A model generated the notes under the pieces. It saw only the letters and a program-made list of their open reading frames with translations, searched no databases and was not told where the DNA came from. A program made the position numbers and the translations under genes. DNA of 63,881 nt, filler included, from Blastocystis sp. subtype 4 (lineage: Eukaryota): the NCBI RefSeq assembly GCF_000743755.1. It is 4 parts of 4 records of this genome, joined end to end, with 100 filler letters (N's around TTAATTAATTAA, not from the genome) between each part and the next. Parts side by side here need not be neighbours in the genome. Positions count along the whole stretch, not along the records: positions 21,180 to 37,759 come from NW_014569293.1; positions 37,860 to 52,853 come from NW_014569289.1; 2 more parts are not named here. One strand, 5' to 3'. Shown piece by piece: positions 25,430 to 38,264 of the stretch. The first letter of the stretch is position 1; each line of letters begins with the position of its first letter.

Positions 25430-27185
25430 TTAGTATATGATACAACAACTAGCTGATGAGTCAGGATTAGTAGGAAGACTAGAAGGATCTGACTCTTGTA
25501 CAATACTCACATTCTTTGATAGCTTGGTACTCTTCTGTTGAATGAATCGATCAAGAGAATCAGCATCTCAATCATTATCAGTTCATCAATCATACTTGAA
25601 GTATTCAATTCTTTCACTCTACGGAATGCCTCACGTGTTATCTGTATACCATCTTCAGTGAGTGATGGAATGTCCAATTCAAATTCGGTCATCAATTATC
25701 ACTATCCAATATCACTTTGCTTATAAAATCGAAATTCTTACCATCTCCTTTGATTAGAGATAGAGAAGGAAGATCTCATCAATCAGCCATCATTATTCCG
25801 TAATACTCTGCATTGTTAGCAAGTTCGATTCGACTGTATTGTATTCCGCTTTAAAAGCGTATGATCCAAGAGTGATGGATTGAAGTTGAATCAGATCTCA
25901 TCATCATTCATTCAATCATTCATACTCTCTAATATTATGGATTGACAATTACTGAATGCACAACTACCCAATTGAATGGATATGAGAGAAGGGAGATTCT
26001 TCAATTCAAAACCTTGATTATACTCGAATGAATCCCTCCCAATATTGATTTCACTCAATTGATCACAATTCATTATCACACATTTACTTCCTCTTCTATT
26101 ATTATCCATAATGAAGCTCTCCTTTCCAATATTCACACTCTTTAGTGCACTCATTCCATCAATCACGAATTGAGGTACATCTGTAAAACAGCCGTTTCCA
26201 ATCTCAAGTCTCTCAATCCCTTTCAAACAACCAATATCAAATGCTCTCAAATTAGTTTCATAGCCATCTTCAAATCGTTGAATACCATATTTACCTCTGA
26301 CCCATCTTCCACTTCTTACAACTTCTCCATTCTTATTCAATTCCTTTCCCATTCCATCTCTTATTCCATCTCTCATTCCATTCTTCCATTCTCCAATATA
26401 CACAGGAAAACAGTCTTTGAATTCACTTCCATATCCATCTCTCAATCCATTCTTCCATCTACCTACATACAATGCACTCTTTCCATCAATCTCAAACTCT
26501 TTCCCTTTCCCTTCTCGAACAAATCCCTTTACCACATATCCTTCAAATCCTCCTTCATAAATTCTCGTTCCATTCACATCATATTCAATCATCACTTCTC
26601 CCTTCCATTCTCTCAATACTCCAGTCATTCTTCCTTTCTCGTATTCACATTCTCTCACTACTATTTCATCTTCATACTCAAAACACGTCCCATTCTTCAA
26701 CCAGTTATCATCATATTCACTCACACTCAACAAATCCCCATTCACACCTATCTCTTTGAGAATCCTTTCATTCCTTCTTGTTCATTAAGTGCTACATATC
26801 GCTTTCCATTTCGGTAGAATCCTCTCCATCTCTCATTTCCATTATCATCATATTCTATCCATATTCCAACTTCCTTTCCTCTTGATACTCTTCCTTTCAA
26901 CACTGTCCCACCATACTTATTCACTTTTGTCACTTCTCCTTCACATTCATCATTCACAAACATCAATTTCATGAATAGTGTTCTATCCTCTTCCACCAAC
27001 AAACCAATTCCTTCTTTCTTTCCTTCTTTCATTGGTACTCTCAACTCATATTCTTCTTTATCTATCAATACTCTCATTCTCGCTTCTCCATTCAATTCAT
27101 TCCCATTCTCTATTTCAGCACTCTTTATCATATATTCGCCAAGGAATTCAAGAGAGAAAGAAGTATTAATACGTGTATTGCTCAT
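25430..27185 (-). pseudogene. MORN plus LRR paralogue B, probably pseudogenised
   Basis: 1-nt deletion at ~26759 (TTC TC AAA vs TTC TTC AAA in paralogue A) and an acceptor AG>GG at 25674-25675; otherwise collinear with paralogue A; ends SCCIIY*. Confidence 0.65.
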
Positions 27186-27712
27186 ATTTTAAAGAATAAA
27201 TGAGAAACGAATCTCTGTCTGTAACTCTTCAATTATTGAAATCTTATCCGCTCCATCCAATATCAATTATGGCAAACTGCTGTTTGGTTGAAATAATGGT
27301 TGTTTGATATGAGTATGATTTGAGTCTTCGTATCGTATTCTGAAATAGGGATGTCGAGAGTGTAAAATGATGAAATATTTGACATCGAACTATCGTTTCT
27401 TGAAGTATTGATTGATATAGTATGTATATAGACTGGGATGAATATGTGTTGTGATAATGGATTCATTCTTTTGAATTCAGATCTTGTTATGTTGAGTTAC
27501 ATTGTAATCATTCATTCACACACTGAGAATCACAAATGAGGTATGAATGATACTATTATGTATTACTTCATTCTCAACCCATTGTACTCATATCAACAAA
27601 TTCTACACATCCATATCAACCATCAACAATGAATGATGAGGGTGGCTCTCACAACCTAACCAAGAGTAGAATACCCTTAGAATCCTTATCTCAAATAACT
27701 AACAAACATTTG

Positions 27713-30700
27713 TCAATTTTGTTTCATAATTTCCAAAAGTTCAGCAACATTCTTCCGAAGTACACTACAGTTGTTTGTATACTTTTCCAGATCATTCCTT
27801 TCCCTCTCACAGACATCTGGACTAGCCCGTTCCAAAAATAAAGGATTCTTCAAATTCCGTTCAATAGAAGCCAACTTCTTTTCACTCTGAGCTAACTTCT
27901 TCTCCAAGCCACGAACATTATCTTGAATGGCTTTCATTACACCATTCTTCCGTTCTGCAGGAATAGGGAACATTACGGCAATTCCAGGAATATGAGAAGG
28001 AATGTGAATCTGAGACTCTTCAGGAATCTCATGTGCTACTGTGATATTTAGTCTTGTTAATCTCGATACAATCTCTAGCATTGCAGGAGATGGTGTTTGG
28101 ACCCCTTGACTCAAGAGCAGAATGCAATGATCCAAAGGAGTATCCTTTGATCTGCTCAAATCACCACAGAGCTTCTGTAAGCCTCGAACATCGTGAACAA
28201 GAGCAATATGATTCTCCACTTGTTCAATCAGTTCCTTATCAATGTTTTCAACACGTAATTCGGATTGCGAAGTGAAATAGTTTGTAGTGAGGAGAGATCT
28301 ATTTGAGAGATAACTAAATATCTCCTCTGTCTCGAAAGGCAGAAACGGATGTAACTGACAGACCATACTCTGAAGTACAAAGTTAAAAACACACAAAAAT
28401 TCATGCTTCTTTTGAAGAACCTTGGGATCACTAGATTGCGTGACTAAACCTGTTTTCAAGGTAGGCTTAGCATATTCAACAAAACTAAACTATCAACAAT
28501 TCATTTATTACTTACAAATCACAGATATCAGTCAACAGATGATTCATCACCAATTCACAAGCTTTTGATACATTCAACTCCTCTAGCAATCTTTCTTCTT
28601 CTCTGGCTACCAATTCACATTTACTAATGATATACTTCTCCACAGGAGAGAAATCATCATGAGAAGATATTGGATGAATGGCTAACTTATCATCAGAGGA
28701 GTAGTTAACATAGAATCGAAACAAATTCCACAACTTATTTGTCACATAACGACTATACTCAAGCTTTGATAATGATAGTTTAATTCCCGTGGTTTTCCCT
28801 GCCTCATTCAGTAATGTAAGTCGCAATACATCATTTCCATATGCTCGTATTCCCGCGGGAAACTGCTTCCTAAAACTTGCCACGGATATTTCCTTCTCCT
28901 TATTTGATAATTCTTTCCGATTCACTACAGTTGCTTCTAGTTCCTTTAATGACTCACCATGAATAATAGCCAATGGATCCAATACATTCCCGCGGGATTT
29001 CGACATTTTCTTTCCATTGGGATCCAAGACCATTGAATGCAACAGTACTTGATCAAAAGGCACTGGATTTCCTTGAGCTACTGCCAACCATGCCATACGG
29101 CATATCCAGAAAAAGAGAATGTCCCCTCCTGTCTCCATGACAGAGATAGGTGGCTGGTTGTGAGATGGTGGTGCTAACGAAGGTAATAAACCTGAGGAGA
29201 ACCATGTATCTAATACATCCTCATCTTGTTCCAATTGGAATGTGGCTGATGGATAGCCTAATACAGTAACCACATATTGACGAGCGATTGATTCGGATGG
29301 AGCAACAACCCACAACTCCTTCCCAACTTCACAATGGGCAGCAAGAGGAAGAGATGCAGACTGTGGATTTGATGTAGAAACAGTGCAAGGACGTTTAGGA
29401 ATGAAGGCTGATGTGGTGATGTGAACACGATAGGCCGGGATCTGATGACCCCACCACAATTGTCTTGAGAGACACCAGTCCTTAGGCTGAGAGAGGTAGT
29501 TACTGAGTGTCGATAAATAGGAACCAGGAATCATAGGATTTGAAGTAAAATGGCTCAAGACTTTAGCAGACAAGTCATCTGTTTTCAAAAACCACTACAA
29601 GAGAAGCAACCAATCAGAAGTATACTTGAGAGAGAAGAGATGGCTCTAGAATATCACCTGATCGAGAACATACTGGAATTCTCATTGGATGTTCACGTTC
29701 AGTGATTAATCTTTGGATAATTCATGAATTACTATTCATACAATCCCTTTCGTTGTAATTCTTCTACTACACGCTTTCGTGCTTCAAATCGATCCATCCC
29801 AGCATATAAACCACAATTTGAAGTCATCATTCCTCGTTCGGAGATTACACGGGGTCCATTCACATGATGTCGTTGACCAAAATCAAAATCATCAAAATCA
29901 TGACATGGAGTAATCTTAACTGCATTTGCAAAGACTCCATCATCGATCTTCACTAATTCATCATCAATGATAATCGGAAGTGGTTGTGAGGTCAAAGGAT
30001 TATGAACAGTCTTATGAAGGTATTTCTGAATTTAACATACGAACACAAATGTACCATATGACGTAAATCATTACTATTAATGGCAACAGCACAATCACCA
30101 AATATCGTCTCAGGACGAGTGGTAGAAACCATTACAAATTCATTATCAATCTCATTCTCCTTGCCAACAATGGGGTACTTAATATCGTAGATGACACCAA
30201 CTTCCACATCTCGTCCTGAAGGAAGATGAAACGGTTGACGATGAGAGATATCTTGCCAATCCACTTCAATGTCACTTACAACAGATTGGAGAGTAGGACA
30301 ATAATGAAGCATCTTTTCTCCTCGATAAATGAGACCCTTGCGGAAAAGATCGACAAACACATTAGTAACACCTACTTGTCGTTTTGGATCCAATGTATAA
30401 TACTACATCAAAACAAGCCTCATTTCCTACTTCTTCTGACCAGTTCAACAGACCACCCATCGATTTTAATTGCTCTTTGATACGATGCCGGCTTGTTTGA
30501 CTCCATTCGGCAAGCTTCGCCTTTAACATGCTTTTCTATACCTACCATATCTACATACATTTCTCGTCCGATCTCTTCTTTACTTTCTCCATTTCGCTTC
30601 AATTCTTTGTCAAAAAGGGCTTGGGTGGCGATTCCAGCATGATCCATGCCTGGAACCCAATTCACATTTTCATCCTTCATCCGATGAAATCGTACAAGCG

Positions 30701-31035
30701 AATCTTCAATAGATACCGTTAGTGCGTGACCTAAATGAAGAGAACCAGTCACATTGGGCGGAGGAAGAAGCTTTGACTAATAGAGTGCTAATTGCAGCGT
30801 ACCATAGAAAACTGTTTACTAGATTCGGGATGAGGACGCAGATTGACTTCTTTTTCCCAATACTCTCTCCATTTCGGTTCGATATCTTTAGACTCATACA
30901 CAATAGGGATTTCTAGATAAATTAACCACTTCTGTAAAGACAACGAGGGATTGTTGCTACTCCAACGAAACGAAGGAACTCACTAGAGTGTACAGTAAAC
31001 CGAATCGATTTCTGAATGAATCGATTCAACATCAT
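27713..31035 (-). CDS. valS: Valyl-tRNA synthetase, probably organellar (MRO)
   Basis: PPNVTGSLHLGHAL (HIGH), PGMDHAGIATQ, STTRPET, DWCLSRQLWWGHQIP, DVLDTWFSS, KMSKS, C-terminal coiled coil; R/F-rich presequence MMLNRFIQKSIRF. Confidence 0.93.
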
Positions 31036-31067
31036 GTGATTGTAATAAAACAATGGTCATAATAGTA

Positions 31068-31682
31068 TCACCTCTTAATCCGATTTGAAGGAAAGCAAAT
31101 CCCACTATCATCTCCGAATTGTAACGACTTTTCCAGAAGTGCTGTCATTGTATCAATCGAAGTACTGTTAATCTAAAAATGAATCCATTATAATAGAATA
31201 ACAGAATCCTTTATTGCTGAATGGTTTTCTCGTTTTCCCTCAATCGCAGTTAGAAGTGGACTAGACGAAGGGATCTTGTGATCACAAATGAGGTGCCGTT
31301 TTCTTTCTTCGGTTGTCCAAGACTTGTTTTTACAAGATCCAATTAAACAATCAAAACTCGGTTTCTGTTTGCTTAACTCCTTAAAAAAATAGTCATGATA
31401 CTCAAGAACATGTAGTGTCAGAAATCGGAAGGTATAGAAGACCCTATTACATTCCGAACAAACGTGCATATGATGAGTTTCATAGTGAGCTTGATAAGCA
31501 TCTTCTGAGGTGAATTCTTCCTCACATCCATTGATTCCACACACAAAAGGTTCTTCATAGTCACCACTGCTCCTCATTTGATCGACTTCCTCTAGTTTAA
31601 CCTTGAGAGGATGATTGACTTCATCAGTATTATCCTCCCTTTTCATAGTCAGAAAGGATGGAAAATCATCCTCTAAACTCAT
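31068..31682 (-). CDS. C2H2 zinc-finger protein, ZNF511-like
   Basis: CGINGC..HYETHH, CSEC..HVLEYH, CLIGSC..HLICDH; one 30-nt intron before the last exon. Confidence 0.75.
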
Positions 31683-31715
31683 GAACCGCTTTGAACAAAC
31701 AAAATCCTAAAAGAC

Positions 31716-33350
31716 TTATGCCTTATTCAACCAACTCTTTAAGTTCTCTAACCGTTCAATAGTCTGTTCTTTACCTATCAATTCTATCATTTCGCTTAAT
31801 CCCTAAATCACAACTCATTTGTATTCCTACAAAGCCCTTATTCGTTCCTGTCAGTGCAACACGTAGAACATTCATCAGCTTCTTCCGATTTGCCACATCC
31901 TTCTCTCCTTGTTCCATTAACACAGAATTGATAGCTTCCTTTGTCCAGTCAATCTCCTTAATTCGCTCCAATATACTAGTGACAGACTTTGGTCCCATCT
32001 TGTTCTTCATGTCAACACAACTAGTGATCGAGTTAAAGTCTGGAATCAAAGGAGAATAGAGCAATTTCATAAATGAGTCAACATCATGCAGCGTCTGAAT
32101 TCGTTTCTAGGATCAAGCACCTCATCAATTCTCACTCCACAGTAGGTAAAGAACAATGACCACTTATTAAAATTCACTGGAACTGAAGCGCTCCCAAAGG
32201 AACGGATGTATTGTTCAGCGTGATCGACAAGAGAATGCTTCTGAAGGGAATGCTGAATGTGAAGTTGATTGATATGTAGAAGCAACTTTTCATTAATGCA
32301 AATCGGAGCACAACTCAACTTCTCCAATTCAAACTAGAATATTATTACTATTCTTCACCTACATCCTCCACCATACTCTCTATATCATAAAAAATCCCAG
32401 AATTTGTCATTTCAGCATCATCTCCTCGCTTTCTACCAAGATAGTACACATAATTAACTAGGGCACAAGGAAGGATTCCTGCTCGTAACTGAGATTCTAA
32501 ATCGAACCCTCCCTCCCGTTTAGAAATCTTTCCCTTCTTTTCATTTAGAAGAAGCGGAAGATGAATGAACGAAGGTTCTGACCATCCAAAAGCCTGATAC
32601 AATTGGTGGTGTTTCGGATAGGACGATATCCATTCCTCTCCTCGAACTACTGTAGAAATGTGCATGAGATGGTCATCAACAACGGAAGCTAGATGGTAGG
32701 TTGGGAATCCATCACTCTTCAGAAGAACTGCATCATCACCAGATTTCCCAGATATGGAAATAGTTCCTCGCAACTTGTCATGAAGTGTGTACACCGTGGG
32801 TTGCATTCGGAGGCGAACCACGAACGGTTCTCCAGCTTTTACTCGCCCTTCAGCAACATTATGAGGGAGTGACCGACAAGAACATGAACCAGTATGTGCT
32901 TGATGAGATTGACAGAAACAATAATAGGCAGCTTGATTCTACATATAAACACTGTCGTGAGCAATCACCTTGATCAATACATCAGCATATCGTCGATAAA
33001 ATTTCAACCGTTCAGATTGCACATATGGACCATATTCACCTCCTGTTCTCGGACCTACACATTCAATCCTTAGTCTCTTCCTTACCCTCATCAGGATGCA
33101 ACCCAAACTCTTCTAGACTCTGAATAATCGAATCGGTCGCTCCAGAAACCAATCGCTTCTGATCTGTATCCTCGATTCGCAGAATAAAATTTCCACCATA
33201 CTTCTTGGCTAACAGATAATTGATTGTAGCCATTCGTAATCCACCAACATGCATAACACCTGTAGGACTAGGAGCAAACCGAACTCGCACGGTAGATATC
33301 CATCTACAAGTAGTCCCTCTTGGAATTAACTCATAGAGTTTTCCCAACAT
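31716..33350 (-). CDS. gltX: Glutamyl-tRNA synthetase, bacterial/mitochondrial type
   Basis: [63 protein letters not shown]. Confidence 0.93.
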
Positions 33351-33420
33351 CGAATGAGAAAATGAGATGATCCCATTAATCAGTCCAAATCGATACATAT
33401 AACAAACAAGCATATAACAA

Positions 33421-35128
33421 TCAAAGAACTGGCTTTCCAATAATACCATTACAATTGAAACAATACACCGCATTCCGACTATTCTTATAACCACAAAACT
33501 TGCAGATATTCACAGTAGCACCACTTTCATGTCTCTTGTCCCGTCTCGACTTCTCTACCATCTGCTCTACGACATCAATTCCTTTGTCATCCTGATTGAA
33601 CAGTTGCATAGTTCTGGTTGCATAACTCCTAAGATCTTCATTCTGACCAGAACCAATAAGATGACTCTTTTCTGAAAGATGTGATTCTTCAGTTCGATCG
33701 TGTAGCAAATAGAAAATCAAAGAAAAGATACCACTTGTTAGAGCCACAATTATCCCACCCCAAAGAATGTACTTCAATACTATCATCAGATTCGTATATA
33801 AGAATAAAAGAAATGCATGATCCTCAACAAGGACACTATTTGTGGTATATTCCATGGACTCGTTGTCTAACTCATCTTTTGTAGCTGTGAAGACCTGACA
33901 ATTGACATAAGCATTCTTAGGCTGTTTACTCATTGTGAGAAAAGGTTTATCAAATCGCTTGAAACTCTGTTGAGCAAGAATGGTAGAATCGCTTCTGCGC
34001 AGATAGCAAATGAGATTATCTGATTTAGAGGCATCTAAAACATAAATTTGAACTGTTGTAATAGAGTCTTTCTTAAGGTGGAGACGAACATGATGGATCA
34101 TATTAGAAATCGCATGAGAAGTTGGCTCGTCTGGACGCTTAAAGAGAGTCTTTACAATGAACTCATCATCAGGAGGTATATCGTCCTTGTATTCGGGCTG
34201 GTTAATAATGGTATACGTACGATACTCGTTAATGTCTTCATAAAGCTTCTCAATATGCGATGAATGTTCTGGTAACACTGGAATGACCACAGGAATCAAG
34301 GGAAGATACTCTTGTTTCTTCTCTTGTGACAGTGTTGACCATTGTTGACGGAGTTGTTCTTGCTCTGGAGAGTTGAAATAGTGAACACGAATAGGAGGCA
34401 TAGTGGGAGATACTGTCTTCACAACATCTTCGGTTAGGATATGAGCTTCATTAGTAGATTTGTCTGACTTCGGTGTCTCAGAAAACTTTCTTTCTCTTTC
34501 CTTTTGCCACTCCTTTCGTCCTAAATTCAGTTCTTTGAGAGCATTTGGAGATGGCCGACTATGGTAGAAAATCGAATCATCATCAGGCGGATTGTTATTT
34601 TCCTCTCCTTTATTCTGTTGAATATTGAATGAACGATATTCATCAATCTGCTGTTGAACTTTCTTCTTATATTCCAAATCCTCTCCATTCAAAGAAATCA
34701 CCTCTGGAATCTGAGGAAGAAGGGAATTCTTTTTATCCTTTGTCATTGTAGCCCACTTTTTCCTGATCTCTGCTTGTTTCTTATCCAAGTACTCCCATCG
34801 AGGATAGGTATCAATGACTTTGTTTTCGTCTACAATCTGTTACTTATCTGCACATCTACCTTCAGTTTCCGCCTTTCTCCTCACCGTCCTCGTAATTTCT
34901 GAAGCAGTCCCAAAACGAGGCCTGTGATGTCCCCCGATCCTCATTTCCCTTCTTCTTTCAATGGATTTCAAGGATGGTAACGGATAATCCTACTGATAAT
35001 TCAACAAAAGAATGAATACATCAGAATCCAAATACTTCGAATTTACCACCGTCACTAGACATCATAGCGTAAAACAAATGAAAACAAGGCAATAGCCAGA
35101 AGAGGAAAAACAGTACGCGCCTCCACAT
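33421..35128 (-). CDS. Single-pass membrane protein with a duplicated ~80-aa domain and C-terminal zinc ribbon
   Basis: Signal-like [16 protein letters not shown] (5' exons uncertain), [25 protein letters not shown]-term CKFC-x10-CFNC. Confidence 0.6.
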
Positions 35129-35349
35129 TTCCTTCTGTACTAAAACAAGAATAATAGCATATTCGTGTTAGATGTGAAAAACAAGGGTATTATTGCCAAT
35201 CGTAAATGACGTGTGAAACAATAGAAATACGCAGTTCTGGAAGCAGATTGTTATATTATTTGTGGTAAGTTATTGTGACTAACACATTGAGATGGTCTTT
35301 GTACTCAGGATCTTACCTTGTCGTAATAGTCCCATTTGTTTTGGTAAAT

Positions 35350-37759
35350 ATGTCAACCGATACTGCGAATCTGTTTTTCTCGTTTGTTGAAGTGGCTTAT
35401 TGGATAGAAAACCTGAGTCTTATGTGACGCCAACCATTCATGAGGAACTCACCACTTTTTACATGGAAGTGAAACCCGATAATGCCGATAAGGTGATTGA
35501 TCAATTCTTTTTTGATATCCAGGTGGATAGTATTCTTGCAAAGTACAAAGGACGAGAAGAAGTGCTATTTCATATGCTAAAGAATAAGTAATTTATGATA
35601 TGTTGAATCATCAAAGATACAATCGAGATCCGTGGTATGTACCTTCGGAAAGTAACCCAAATCTTCCGTATGATCCTGAACAACGGCATCGACTTCTGCT
35701 GGATTTGATTCGTAAAGAAGTCCAAGAGCTGAAATCGAAGTTGGCAGCCGAGCAACAAGAGAAAGCTTCCATTGAAGCTGACTACAGTACCATGGCTGCT
35801 GATCTTGCAACAGCAAATGAGGAATTATCATCGCTTCAGAAGCAGTATGAAGAATTGGAGGATGAGAAGAATACTCTTGATGCTGATTATGCAGAAATGG
35901 CTTCAGCTGTAGGAATGAAGGATGAAGAGATCGCCAGCTTAACTGAGGGTAAGTTAGCAGCAGAAAAAGAGAGTGAAGAACTAACGGCTACTCTGGCACT
36001 CAAGGAGAATGAGGTGGAAGAACTGAAAGAGAAATTGAATGCAGCTCAGACTGAAGCAGAGAAGTCTGCATTGGCACTGAAAGAGAATGAACTGGAAGAA
36101 CTGAAGAGAAACATGGAAAGTATTCAGACTGAGGGTGAAAAGGAGAATGAAGAATTGACTGCTACTCTGGCACTTAAAGAGAATGAACTGGAAGAACTGA
36201 AAGAGAAATTGAGTAGAATGGAAGCAGAGAAGAAGAATGAGAATGAGAAACTGAATATGGCTCTGATAGAGAAGGAGAAAGAATTGAAAGAATTGAAAGA
36301 GACTCTCATTGATCGTGAGAGTCAATTAGAGAAAGAGAAGAAGGGTCGTCAAGAATATGCCAAGCGTGTGATTGAATCAACAAGAAGAGTGAATGAACTT
36401 GAAGAATCATTGAAGATAAATGAAACTGAACTGACTAAATTGAATGAGAAATTGATTGAGTCAGAGAAGTGTGTATCTCTGACTCAATCAGAACTGAATG
36501 AACTCAGTTCTTCTTTGGCATTGAAAGAGAATGAATTTGCTGAACTTAGTTCTTCTTTGGCACTGAAAGAGAATGAATTGGCTGAATTGAATGAGAAACT
36601 GATTGCTACTGAGAATGAGAAAGAGAATGAATTTGCTGAACTCAGTTCTTCTTTGGCACTGAAAGAGAATGAACTAACAGAAGCCATTGAATCTCGTAAT
36701 GAAGCTGAAAAGAATCTGGAAGCCTCCAAACAGACTATTCGAGATTTGGAACAGAAACTTGCTGAAGCAAAAGAGAAGGAGGAATCGTTTGTCCGTAGTT
36801 TGGGTGCTCAGATCAGTATGAAGGTTGTGAAACCTCCTCATAGCAGTGAGGCTCAGAAGTTATTATCTCGTGTAGAACAGTTGAATCAGTCAGTAATGGA
36901 TATCATTCGTACTAGTGGTGTTCTGACTCCTCCCACACCCGTTGTGAAACCAGTCCTTTCTCGTCCTGTAGTGAAGGAAGAGGATGTGGAGGAATGTCGA
37001 TTAAGACTTGAGAAGGCATTGAAAGAAGAGAAGTCTCATTATGTGGCTATGCAAGAAGTGATGCAGACTCAAATGGAGGAGAAGACAATGGAATTGAAGA
37101 CAATGGAAGAGAGATTGCGAGCAATGGAGACAGCTATTTCAGAAGCAACCATGAAGACGACACAATTAGAATCTGAGAATGAAAAGTTGAGAATGGATCT
37201 GGCTAAAGAAGTGGAAAATGCCAAGACCACAGCAGAGACAATTAGTGAACTAGAAGCAGATAGCGCGGAGTTAACTGCTTTGTTAGCATCGAAGGATTCT
37301 GAAGTGGGTAGATTACAGGATGCGATTGCATCAATAGAAGAGAAGCTCAAGAAGGAGAAGAAAGAAGCCTTGGAGAAGAGTGAAGAACTAACGGCTACTC
37401 TGGCACTCAAGGAGAATGAGGTGGAAGAACTGAAAGAGAAATTGAATGCAGCTCAGACTGAAGCAGAGAAGGAGAGTGAAGAATTGGCTTCTGCATTGGC
37501 ACTGAAAGAGAATGAATTGGAAGAACTGAAGAGAAACATGGAAAGTATTCAGACTGAGGGTGAAAAGGAGAATGAAGAATTGACTTCTGCATTGGCACTG
37601 AAGGAAAGTGAACTGGAAGAACTGAAGGAAAAGTTGAAGAGCATTCAGACTGAAGCAGAGAAGGAGAATGAAGAATTGACTGCTACTCTGGCACTTAAAG
37701 AGAATGAACTGGAAGAACTGAAAGAGAAATTGAGTAGAATGGAAGCAGAGAAGAAGAAT
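35350..37759 (+). CDS. Acidic coiled-coil repeat protein, truncated by the gap
   Basis: N-terminal LTTFY..VDSILAKYKGREEVLFHMLKNKY module after splicing; repeated ELTATLALKENELEELKEKL units. Confidence 0.75.
35970..37759 (+). repeat. Near-identical internal direct repeats (~35970-36239 vs ~37378-37759) built from ~84-nt units
   Basis: GAGTGAAGAACTAACGGCTACTCTGGCACTCAAGGAGAATGAGGTGGAAGAACTG occurs in both blocks. Confidence 0.85.
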
Positions 37760-37859
37760 NNNNNNNNNNNNNNNNNNNNNNNNNNNNNNNNNNNNNNNNN
37801 NNNTTAATTAATTAANNNNNNNNNNNNNNNNNNNNNNNNNNNNNNNNNNNNNNNNNNNN
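37760..37859. other. Artificial contig linker
   Basis: N-TTAATTAATTAA-N, 100 nt. Confidence 0.97.
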
Positions 37860-38074
37860 GCTTGCAGCGGAGACCATACTCTCCACAAATACGAAGCTCC
37901 TGGTCCAGACGCTCGCGTTCATAAGGACGACGGGGAGTACTGAAAGTAAGACGATCTGATAGGGGATTAGAAACGGTTACAATACAACATACGCCATTTA
38001 CACCACCACAATGAAATTCACAACTTATTCATATTGCACGACTTACAGTTTCTGTGATGGGCACAAGTAACCAT
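37860..38074 (-). CDS. RPS9: 40S ribosomal protein S9 (uS4), 5' part; missed by the ORF track
   Basis: Exon 38074-38047, 91-nt intron 38046-37956, giving [41 protein letters not shown]. Confidence 0.9.
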
Positions 38075-38264
38075 TGTAGAGACTTCTCAATTGTGGTCAA
38101 TTCATTGAGTCAACGGCGGAATATGAAAGCGATAGTATTCAAGGTAGATACCGAGAACGTTTTCAATACGAATTATTGTAATTGTATTCCAAACAGAAGC
38201 TGCATTAGAAAAAGTGATGTGCAAGTAAAAAGGCTATGTAGGAGATCAAATCTTCTTTCTTACC

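Noticed and set aside
21180..27185. MORN/LRR cluster as a mobile element or bacterial toxin-antitoxin (YwqK-like) island
   Set aside because: Spliceosomal introns, no transposase/integrase, no terminal repeats; a host multigene family
23337..27192. Many plus-strand ORFs, including 24795-25262 and 26170-26817
   Set aside because: Antisense to purine-rich MORN exons or low-complexity intergenic DNA; no motifs
27713..33350. valS and gltX proximity as an operon-like or bacterial insert
   Set aside because: Both are intron-rich with presequences and their own 3'-end elements, and are separated by a zinc-finger gene
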